Below, one piece after another: positions 26,601 to 38,600 of a stretch of DNA of 64,000 nucleotides. This stretch comes from Malacoraja senta (Eukaryota): contig CM075980.1 of NCBI GenBank assembly GCA_038087875.1, positions 64,976,001 through 65,040,000 of the forward strand. Direction: 5' to 3'. Each line of letters opens with the position of its first letter. Within the stretch, counting starts at the first letter, position 1. The notes beneath the pieces are model-generated. The model was not told the origin of the DNA. It saw nothing but the letters and a program-made list of their open reading frames with translations, and made no database searches. The translations under genes were made by a program, and so were the position numbers.

Positions 26601-29600
26601 TCCCAAATCCAGAATGTGAAGCATTAGGAAAATGATAACTTGAGGCATGTTTGATGGTGCTGTTATGTTTCTAACCAGGAGATGGCAGGGTGAACTTGTA
26701 CCTAATCACTTCTTGAACTAAGACTGTGTTCATGGATTCCTCGTACTGCACTGGAAACTTCTCCAGCACTGCCTTAATGTCGATCAGATCAGGAATATCT
26801 TCCAGGATATTTCCACACATTTCCCCTACTATCTAAAAAAATGAAATAAACATCAGTTCCAATTTTAAATCACACTGCTGTACGATTTCAATACTTCACG
26901 ATTTTCTCAACCTCTGAGGAGATCTAGTTTCAGCTGACCACCAACTGAGCAAATTCTAGCTAATCACGTGTAAGTTTTCAGTGGGACTGTCAGCTCCCCA
27001 GGATAGTCCCAGAATCTGCAGCAATTAACCTGCTGAATACGGCTGAGAGCAGATTAAAGACAAAAATAAGAATATTTGAAAAAGTTGACCGTGTTGAGAA
27101 TTGTCTAATTGGGTACACAAATCTAAGACAAAACCTCAAACTAATATCGGCCAGCAACCCCTTGCAGATGGTAACTGGGCAGAATGACAATCAAAACAGC
27201 CTTCTAGATTTCACTAACTCAGGTAATTTATGGGAGATACTAGGGCCCTTTGGAATATTGAAGTACTCCCTGGGTCACCGAAGCAGAAAGGCTCACCTTT
27301 CCTAAAGACATGGTGGTGCACCAATGTTGAACCAGTACAGTGGCCTAGCTGAAGCTTTTGGGCCAAAGCATGTTCTGCAGACAGAAAGAACTTTGAACTG
27401 GTGACTGCAAAAGGAGAGCAAGGAAGAGAAATTGAGGTCAGAGGAATAAATATGTGAGCATATAGCGGATCAGAGTGTGTGGGAGAAGAACTGAAAGAGG
27501 ACATAGTGAAGGGAGAATGACAAGGATTCAGAATGGTGGAGGAAATGAAGGGAAAAGGGCAGAGATCAGTGGATAGGAATAGGGAAGAGAGGGCATGAGG
27601 AACAGTAGAATATAATAGTACAGCATAGGAACCGGAACTATGGTCCACAATGTCCATTTTGAACATTATGCCAATTTAAACTAATCTAATGATACTGGAG
27701 GGAAAAATCTAAACAACAACTTTCACCTGATGAAGAGTCCCGACCCGAAATGTCACCTATCTATGTTCTCCTGAGATGCTGCATGACCTGCTGAGTTACT
27801 CCAGCATTTTGTGTATTTATTTGACACAACCAGCATCTGCAGTTCCGTGTGTTGGCATCTTTCATGGAACCTAATGCCCCAAAATCAATGAAGTACTTTA
27901 TGTTGTGTAGTCATTGTTAGAGTGTAACAATTGTTGTAACAAGAATGTAACATTGTTTCAGAAATTTACACAGAGCAAGCAGAATATGTGAAAGTGACTA
28001 GATTCTCTCCTTTAATTGATATTATTCAGGCCAGGGTACCGGGAATTAACCCCCTTTGAAATATTCCCTTTGGATCTTTTATATCCCCCTCAAGAGCGGA
28101 AATGGGACCTCGACTTAACAAAGTGCTACAACAGGGGGGGGGGGGGTGGGGGGGGATGGGACAGGATCTGGAGTGAGGAGAGGACAGAAGAATATTCATC
28201 CAAAACACTGTCTGGATTCCTCAAAATGATCAACTAATAATCATTCTGAAGAAGGGTCTCAACTTGAAACGTCACCCATTCCTTCTCTCCAGAGATGCTG
28301 CCTGAATTACTCCAGCATTTTGTGTCTACCTTCAACTAATAACCATTATTGCACATCATGCACCAAAACTCATTGCACAGACCACATGAGAGTGTGCTTG
28401 CTTGTCTGAATATTACTATCATGTTGTAGGTGGTGCCTGAATGTGCTTCGAGATGTAACATCAGACTTTGGACTTGTAGGATATATATCATCGATCAAAA
28501 TTCTTGAATCCTGTTTGCATAATGACACCGCAACAATCCACATCACATTTGGACGTTAAAAGTATTACTGGGGGGGTAATGATATTATTGAGGTCCCACG
28601 GAGACCGAATAGAACAACATGGCAAAACGTGAAAAGAGAAAGGCTGGTGTAGAGACAGTGACATATGAGATATGTTGATGAATCTACAACTGCCATGAAC
28701 TATGGACAAGGAAATAGTGACATAAGGGCCATTTTAATCCAGCACTGTCAAGGTCATTCGTAAATTATAAATTTGACACATGCAATATTATCTTGGAAGG
28801 GTAACAGGCAAAATATTTGCTAGCTATAAAACTTTTTTTTCTCCAAAATCCACCTTGATGTTGGTACCAAGAGTGTCAGTTTTTAGAAATCAGACCTGCA
28901 TTAATAAGTAAAGAGTCCAATCCAACATAATAGGTTGAGTAACAAGCATTTCATTGAAACAAACCTCTTCAACTCCTTTTCCCCAGCTGCTGATGTTTTA
29001 GGCTGAAGTAGGACGAGGCAATTTAATAAGGCAAAAGTTTCATTCTGGGCAAATGTGATATTTGCGTTGTCATGTAGTCCAAATATTTCTGGTGTGTCAT
29101 TAATTGGTAGGTGTTTAATGTAGTCCAGGTAGCCCTGTCGAATTAAATCAGAAGAAGGTTAAGATGTTGCATATGTATGTTTCTTGTATATGTAGTGTAA
29201 GTCTGTGTAAATACACACTTTTACATACAGCACCAGCTCTTTGTACCTGAGACTACAGTTTTAAAATTTAAAACATAAGTAAATTCATCGTTAGTTTGCT
29301 TTGTCAATGGGTGATTGATGTTAAATTGAGGTATAAAGGTATCTAGAAATTAGATTTTCATAATAAACTTAGGTTTACTCAGACATTCCCTGACTTATGT
29401 AAGGGATACATTCCATAAACCATATGTAAGACAGATTTTAAGCAAGTCGGAATCACCTTAAAACTAGGTAGAAAATTGGGCCAAATGCAAATTGGAGGGA
29501 CAGAACCTCATATTTCGCTTGTGCAGATTACTGATTTATCTAACTTCAAGTAACCCTTGCATCCCCTACAGTCCATATCCTTCTATGCCTTGCCTTTTTA

Positions 29601-32600
29601 AATACCTGTCTAGATGTCTCTTAAAATTATAAAATGGGATAGACAATAGACAAAAGGTGCATGAGTAGACCATCCGGCCCTTCGAGCCATACACTGTGAT
29701 CATGGCTGATCATCCACAATCAGTACGCCGTTCCTGCCTTCTCCTCATATCCCTTGACTCCGCTATCTTTAAGAGCTCAATCTAACTCTCTCTTGAAAGC
29801 ATCCAGAAAATTGGCCTCAATTGCCTTCTGAGGCAGAGAATTCCACAGATTTACAACTTTCTGGGTGAAAACGTTTTTCCTCATCTCCGTTATTCTTAAA
29901 CTGTGGCCCCTGGTTCTGGACTCCCCCAACAATGGGAACATGTTTCCTGCCTATAGCGTGTCCAATCCCTTAATAATCTTATTTGTTACAATAAGATCCC
30001 CTCTCATCCTTTTAAATTCCAGTAGATACAAGCCCAGTCACTCCATTCTTTCAATATAGAATCCCGGGAATTAACCTCGTGAACCTAGATTGCAATCTCT
30101 CAATAGCAAGAATGTCCTTCCTCAAATTTGGAGACCAAAACGGCACACAATACTCCAGGTGTGGTCTCACTAGGGCCCTGCACAACTGTAGAAGGACCTC
30201 TTTGCTCCTATACTCAACTCCTCTTGTTATGAAGGGCAACATGCTTCTGTCGTTAGCTTTCTTCACTGCCTGCTGTACCTGCATGTTTACGTTCAGTGAC
30301 TGATGATCAAGTACACCCAGATCTCGTTGTACTTCCCCTTTTCTTAACTTGACACCATTCAGATAATAATCTGCCTTCCTGTTCTTGCCACCTCACATTT
30401 ATCCACATTAAAACTGCTTCTGCAGTCTATAGATAGTCAGAATTTTTTTTAAGGTGAGAGGGCAGTGTTTTCATGGGAATTTGGGAAGAAGGTTTTTTAC
30501 AAAGAGAGTTGTTGATAATTGGAACTCATTGCTGGAACTCGTTGGTAGGGTCATGCAAAGCAGAGAAGGATATGGCCCTAATGTAGGCAAATGGGATTAC
30601 GGTAGTTTAGATGGGTAAAAACAGGTTGAGATGAACAGTGCAGCTGAAGAATCTGTTTCTGTGCTATATGATTAATAAAATGAATAAAAGTAATCGATTT
30701 TTAAAAAATCAGCACTTGCCTCAAGGTCAGTTTCAGTACTAATCTGCACATAGATCCCAGATTCTGAGTACAGATGACCTTCTTGTAGAACATCTTCATT
30801 ATAAAAATCCTCCAAAATGTTCATTATACATCGTCTGTCCCAGTCATCTGTTACACGACCCCCGTAATTAATCTCACCGGCTGTATACTTCAGCACCTAT
30901 GAAATCAAAACAAATATTTTAAATGGAATGTTTTGATAAAAAATCAAGTTATGTGGCCTCATTAGTTGAATATCAGATTTTCAGCTTGCTGGCAAGGCTG
31001 CACACTGTACGAGGTAATTCACGAGTTCTCCCGCATTTCCCCCCGATTTGAACTCGGAGAATGTCCGTAGCGGATCCGTAGGAGTTTGTGGATGTCTCGT
31101 AGCGGCTCTTAATGCTAACGGTAGGTACTCGAGACATCCGGTAACTCGTGACGTTTTTTCATCCCTGTAAAAAATGTCCACGAGTAGAAAAATACTCGTG
31201 ATGAAATTAAAAAAAACTTTTTATACCTACGGTTAGCATTACGAGCCGCTACAAGACATCCACGAATTCCTACGGACCCGCTATGGACATTCTCCGAGTT
31301 CGAATTAGGGGAAAACTCGGGAGAACTCGTGAATTACCTCGTACAGTGGGACAGGGGCATAAACGGAGATAACTTATGTTGTAAACCCATGAAGGCTCGT
31401 ATGTCAGTATCAGAAAATCAGAACAATGAAGATAATTCATTGGTACACAAAAATGCTGGAGAAACTCAGCGGGTGCTGCAGCATCTATGGAGCAAAGGAA
31501 ATAGGCAACGTTTCGGGCCGAAACCCTTCTTCAGACTGATGGGGGTGGGGAGAAGAAAGGAAAAAAGGCGGAGGAGGAGCCCGAGGGCTGAGGGATGGGA
31601 GGAGACAACCAGAGGGCTGATGAAGGGGAGGAGACAGCAAGGGCTAGCAAAATTGGGAGAATTCGATGTTCATGCCCCCAGGATGTAGACTGCCCAAGCG
31701 GAATATGAGGTGCATTTCCTCCAATTTCCGGTGTTGGTCGCTGTGGCCATGGAGGAGACCCAGGACAGAGAGGTCAGATACGGAATGGGAGGGGGAGTTG
31801 AAGTGCTGAGCCACCGGGAGGTCAGGTTGGTTATTGCGGACCGACCGGAGGTGTTCGGCGAAACGATCGGCAAGCCTCCGCTTGGTCTCACCGATGTAGA
31901 TCAGCTGACATCTAGAGCAGCGGATGCAATAGATGAGGTTGGAGGAGATGCAGGTGAACCTCTGTCGCACCTGGAACTACTGCTTGGGTCCTTGAATGGA
32001 GTCAAGGGGGGAGGTGAAGGGACAAGTGTTGCATCTCTTGCGGTTGCAAGGGAAAGTACCCGGGGAAGGGGTGGTGCAGGAGGGAAGGGAAGAATTTACA
32101 AGGGAGTTATGGAGGGAGCGGTCTTTACGGAATTCATTTCCATTTTTATAGGTGAACATCACAATGCAGCCCCTTGGCTTGCTACATGCCTTTTGTATTT
32201 AAGAGACTTTTGTCATATCAGCTGGCATGTGTTTTGGTGTTATCTCTTGCACTTATTTGATATGTACTCAACTCTTATTGGTTGAGTACATATCAACTGT
32301 TATATTACTGGTTATATTAACTGTTTGAAGTGGTACAAAGGAAGTAGTTGTTAATTGGAAGGTGTTTCCTGGAATGTGCCTTGGCAGTTCTGAATAGATA
32401 AGATCTGGGAAATGTTGTACATGACAATTTTACTGAGTTTATATGGTCCCTCTGATTTGCCACATTCCCCAGACAAACTCTCCACACCTTCTCAAATAAC
32501 TGGAGGGAGCATCTCAAAAGATGCTACTAAATTGTGGAAAAATACATACCCTTACTCCCCATTCTTGCATCCCAACCCACCTGTACTCCTTCAATCTAGA

Positions 32601-35600
32601 AAAGTAATTCATTCAAGCAAAGGACTTTAAAAGCCATGACTGGAACTTCTGCACTCTCAGCCATTAACTGAAAAATGCCGCAGGCTTAATGTACAATAGT
32701 TGAGTAAAAGTTAGACTGTTGAGGTTGATAAATTGTACCTCCTAGAGGCATTGAATGTGCAGAGGTATCTTGAGGTCTAAATCCATAGCACGTTGGAAGT
32801 GGCAACACAAGAAGATAGAGTGGTAAAAAAGGCCTATGGTATGCTTTACTTCGTCGATTGGGGCATTGAGTATTAGAGCCAGGAAGTAATGTTGCAGCTT
32901 TATAGGACTTTTGTTAGGTTGCATTTGGAGTATTGTCCCATTGAAGGAAGGATGTGGAAGCTTTGGTGCAGAAAAGGTTTACCAAAATGCTGACTGGATT
33001 AGAAGGTATTAGCTATAAGAAAAGGCTGGACAAACATATTATTTTCTGTGGGGCGTCGGGAAGACGATATAAGTATATAAAATTATGATCGGATTTACTC
33101 TCATTTGGAAGAGAATAGGGTAATTAGTGATAGTCAGCATGGATTTGTCTGAAGAAGGGTTTCGGCCCGAAACGTTGCCTATTTCCTTCGCTCCATAGAT
33201 GCTGCTGCACCCGCTGAGTTTCTCCAGCATTTTTGTGTACCTTGGATTTGTCAATAACAGGTCATATCTCACAAACTTGATTGAGGTTTCTTTTGAGGTG
33301 CGAAGGTGATAAATTTAGGAAGGGCAGTAGATGTTGTCTACATTGATTTTAGTAAGTCAGATAATAAATTTCCTCATGATAGGCTGATGCAGAAGATTAC
33401 GATGCATGGGATCCACAGTGAGTTTGAATTTGATTCAGAACTGGCTTACTCATAGAAGACACAGGGTTGTGGTGGAAGGGTGTTATTCTCGTTGGAGGTC
33501 TGTGACCACTGCAAACATCTTTAGCTTTTAGTTTAGTTTATTGTCACATGTACAGGTATATGTACGAGGTACAGTGAAAAGAGTTTTGTTGCGTGCTTTC
33601 TGGTTAGCGCAGACTATACATGATGAATACAATCAAGCCGTCCACAGTGTACAGATACAGGATAAAATGAATAATGTTTAGTGGAGTTTACGAAGAGCAT
33701 AGTTAGAGTAAGAAATGCTGCTGTCGGAGTAGATATTTCAAAGAGTGGAGCGCTTATAATCGATGATTGCAGATCCACTTCTTGGACCAGCACACAGAGA
33801 ATCGCTTGGCTTGGATGCCATCTTTGCTGGGAACTCTGTTGTTTGAGAAGTATGTAAACAACTTGGATGTAATATATATGAATTGGTTTGTAGGTTTTCA
33901 GATGACACCAAAATTGGTGCATTTGTGGACAGTGAGAAAGGCTGTCAAAGTATAAAGCGGGATATAGATTAGCTACAGAAATGGGCAGAGAAATGGCAAA
34001 TGGAGTTTAATGCAAGCAAGCATGCAGTATTGAACTATGGTAGTTCAAATGTAAGGGGAATGTATCCACTTAATGGCAAGACCCTTAAAAGCAATGATGT
34101 ACAGAGGGATCTTGAGGTCTGTATTCCCTGAAAGTGGCAAAACAAGTAGATAGAATGGTAAAGAAGGTATATGATATGTTTGCCACTGAGTATAAGAGTC
34201 AGGAAGTCATGTTGCATCTTTATAGGACTTTGGTTTGGTTGTATTTGAAGTATTCTGTGCAGTTCTGGTCGCCACATTACAGGAAGGATGCGGAGGCTTT
34301 GGGGAGAGTGGAGAAGAGGCTTACCAGAATGCTGCCTAGATTGGAAGGTATTAGCTGTAAGGTTGGATGTACTTGGATTGTTATCTCTGGAACATCCAAG
34401 GTTGAGGAGAGACATGATAGAAGTATATACAATTATGAGCGGCATAGATATTGTAGACAGTCAGTGTGGAAATGTCAAAGACCAGAGGGCATAGCTTTAA
34501 GGTGAGATGGGCAACATTTAAAGAGATGTATGGGTTACGTTTTTTTTTTAACAGAGTTTCCTGGAACATGCTGTCAGGGTGGTGGAGGAAGCAGATATGA
34601 TAGTGGCATATAATAGGCTTTCAGATAGGCTCATGGATTTGTAGAGAATGTATCGATATGGATCGCATGCAGGCAGAGGAGATTAATTGAACTTGGCATC
34701 ATGTTTGGCGCAGACATTGTGTAGCAATGTTACAAAATTTTGAGATTAAAAAAATCAAGTCTGCAATTTATCCCATCAGATAAAGCATAAAAAGAAGTTT
34801 AATTTGACACCTAATTCACTTTCATATCTTCAGTATTAAAAACGTTATGGCCATTTTCATACTCGGAAATTAGCATCTTGTTCCCTATTGCTTTTCCATT
34901 GACTTAATAACAAAAGCTGTGATCAAGGACAGTCAAAAGCCCATAACTTTCTTAAAAATTATGAGAACTTAATGAAATTTTCAGTTATTATAGATTGAAG
35001 CATTCTGAAACAAATATGAAACAATCTTACTTGGATGACCTGAAATTAAAGCATATAATTAGTTAAAGGTCTGTCTCACGAATCTGCGGTCATTGGCGGC
35101 GAAACGGGAAGAATCTGCCGCCATAGACCGCGCACTCGTGAGAAAGAACAATTCCCGGGCCGTGCGACGGTGTTCCCAACACCGCGCGGTGCAAAAATAA
35201 AATCGACAATGTCGAAAACACTATACTCACCGCACAACCTCCACCAGTGATGCACGAGAGCGCACGGCCGCTCGCACGGGCCGCCGCCAGTGTGGGTCGA
35301 GCGCCGTGCGTCAAACCTCCTCTGCCACAGCCTCCGCCAGTGACGCACGTGCCGCCGCCAGTGAGGCACGTGTGCTGCGCGGCCGCAGGCACAGCCACCG
35401 CTACAGCGCCGCGATCAGGATGGCCGCCGCCACAGCCGCCGCTGGTGAGTCACGTGCGGGGGGCCGACGTCATCGCAGTCGGCCCGCCCTTTTTTTACTT
35501 ACCGCAAGCACGTGGGACCCGCCGTGTTTGAATTAACTCGGCCCCCGCGCAACATCCGTGCGGCGCTCCGGTGGATAGGCTCGACGCTCTCGCCGTTGCC

Positions 35601-38600
35601 GCGCGGTCCTCGCTACCGGCGACGCCGCGCTTCACCGCCGATGACCGCAAACAGGTAAGACACGGCCTTTAGTTACCCAATTGTAGCTAATTATAAAATT
35701 CAATTACTAGATCTAAACATCTATCCATTTCTTAAGAAAAGGTTAAAATTTTTAAAAAGCCTAAGTGTCCAAATAACATTCACACAAGAATTCACAATAT
35801 AACATTATTTTTAAATCTCATTGTCATGAATTTATAGGCCAAATGGAAGGAATTTAGTGTTTAATTCCTGTAAATTAATGGGCATTTAAATCATCTTGCG
35901 AGTGGGATTTTGTGGAACGCGCTGGTTTGGACGTTGCGGTTGCAGTGAATTTAAACCCCAATATCGTCAGGAAAAATACTGCCGGTTGGTATATTTACAT
36001 AATCACATTTTCGCAACTTGAAATTTTTATTAAAGGCATCCTAAGAAGCAAGTTCATATGAAAAAATAAACGGCGTACCTTGCCTTGTCCCGTGCGCGAA
36101 ATCCGTCCCCGTTTTCGGCGTTGACGGCATTTGAAGATGATTTAAATTTTACTCCAACAATTTCATTATCCAGCGCTAATTTTAATAAACTTAATAAAAC
36201 GGCAGTCGAAGCGATTTTTCTTTAGCAGCTAATTTACCTGACAGACATCGATTTGAATAGGCTGCCGAAATATCGCATTTTAAACCCGCCCCCCTCTCAA
36301 TGGCGCCAAAGTCGCGCACACGGGCAGTGACAGAACTGCAGCGCCGCTGAAGGTAAATTTTGTAACATACCTACATTGTGGACCAAGGGGTTTGTTCCTG
36401 TGGTGTATTGTTTTGTTATGAATCTCTCAGAGAAAAACTCAAAACTGGTATTGGCATTGATTCCAAGTAAGTCAGAAAGTGATTTGCGACTTGTTTGGAG
36501 TCTCAGGGTAGAAGTGCCGAAAAAACATAAATAAATTAAATCTTCCTCTTTTGCCGATCCATTTTCTGAAGTCAAGGCCTCTGGAGAATGACAAATACCT
36601 GTTGGTGCTGGAGTAACTCAAAACTAAATGCTCTGGCGAGCATAAAGGGAGGACGACAGATTAGTAATGATCTTAGATACTCAAAATACCTCAGCAATTT
36701 TTTGCTCAGCAAATCAGTTCTGAACCTGAAAAGAATATACTGATGTATACTTTAATTTTGAGTCCCTGTAACATTAACGAGGAGAAAAAATCTTTGTAGT
36801 GGGAATTAGAAAATTCCAGCACATACCTTGTAGGGTAATTCTGTATACTCATCCAGAAACATCTTCAGTTGGCTGATACAGATTCGTAGGTCTCCATCCG
36901 TAAATTCATATGGAATATTGAATCCAAGGGGTCCAAACTTCCTACGTTCAATGATGCTTCCATGGAACAGGCACAAGGAAAACAGGAGGGATTTAAAATC
37001 TGAAAGCTAAAATTGAGGGGGAAAAGTTTAAGCTCAAAAATATATAACAAAACAAATTTAATACTTTGATGATTTGAAGTAAAAGATGCTCTGAATAATG
37101 GAACCAGTGGATAGGATGGTCTTAAATTTCAACCATTTAGCCACTTAAACCATTTAATAAGATGCTACATCAAAACGTTATTTCAAATTAATGACTTGTT
37201 TACGGGTTAGCAAGGTAATAATAATAATAATGGATTGAATTTATATAGCGCCTTTCTAATACTCAAGGCGCTTTACATCGCATTATTCATTCACTCCTCA
37301 GTCACACTCGGTGGTGGTAAGCTACTTCTGTAGCCACAGCTGCCCTGGGGCAGACTGACGGAAGCGTGGCTGCTAATCTGCGCCTACGGCCCCTCCGACC
37401 ACCACCAATCACACACATTCACACACACATTCACACGCAGGCAAATGTGGGTGAAGTGTCTTGCCCAAGGACACAACGACAGTATGCACTCCAAGCGGGA
37501 TTTGAACCGGCTACCTTCCGGTTGCCAGCCGAACACTTAGCCCATTGCGCCATCTGTCGTCCTACAGAAAGGTGTAACGACATGTCACACAGATTAGTGC
37601 CAGGACCTCAGCTTTTTTAAAATGTATGTAAATAACTTGGATAATGGCACTGAAGGTATGATTATAAGTTTGCTCATGACATAAAGATAGAGGAGAAGAA
37701 AGTAAATTGGAAGAGGACATATGGAGGCTGTATATAATTTTAATGTATACTAGACCAACTGGGCCCTGTCACATGGGAGGCCTGGTCCCCCAACACAATA
37801 TTACACCACTCACCCATAGGGAGGCAAGGAGAGATTTAGAGATATATATAGACCAAGTGGGACCTGTTGGGCCCCGTCCCCCAACGCAATGGGGGGGGGG
37901 CAGGGTTCAATAGTCAAGAGCGTTTTATTGTCATATGTCCCAGATAGGACAATGAAATTCTTGCTTGCTTGGCTGGAGGGAAGAAGCTGTTCCCGAACCT
38001 GCATGTTACGGTTTTCAGGCTCCTGTACATGCACAAGACTCCAGGCACAAAGCTAGCGCATTGAAGAAGCGGCAACCCCAGCTCAACTCCCGCCGGGCCA
38101 ACTGACAGGCCCAGACCCCACCGCCTTTGCGAGGCCCCACCATCGCGATGCCTAACCGCCATTGCGGGCTCATCGTCGCGAGGCCTCACCGCCGCGGTCT
38201 CGATGCCTCCTTGATGGCCGCGTAAAACCCCAGCCAGGGCGTCGTGGTTAGAAGCCCGGGTCGGAAAAAGTGGAACATTAATTTAAATGCAGCCCTCCCC
38301 CTGTCGTCACTCGAAGCTCGTGTAATATTCTGTGTGTGAAACGGGCGCCGCCCCGACCCATCGTGGCCGCCCACCGCATTGTGACGTTATCAGTCGAAAC
38401 TTAAAAGGCAGTCTTTAAAAAAAACTTTAATCACCAATAAGTCGTGAAATATAGCATCAAATCTTAAGTGATCACTGCTTAGAGGGGGAAAATGTGAGTC
38501 AGAATATGTAAAAAATTTATCATTACCGCGTAGCGTTTTGGCGAAAATATAAAGACACACACATATACACACATACAAGATGAGTTTTAAAGTTATAGAG

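Noticed and set aside
28133-28160. G-run with G-quadruplex potential (also C-rich tracts at 43320-43400)
   Set aside because: Low-complexity tract with no supporting context; homopolymer length unreliable.
35076-35536. Pro/Ala/Arg-rich ORFs
   Set aside because: Compositional artefact of a GC-rich MITE.
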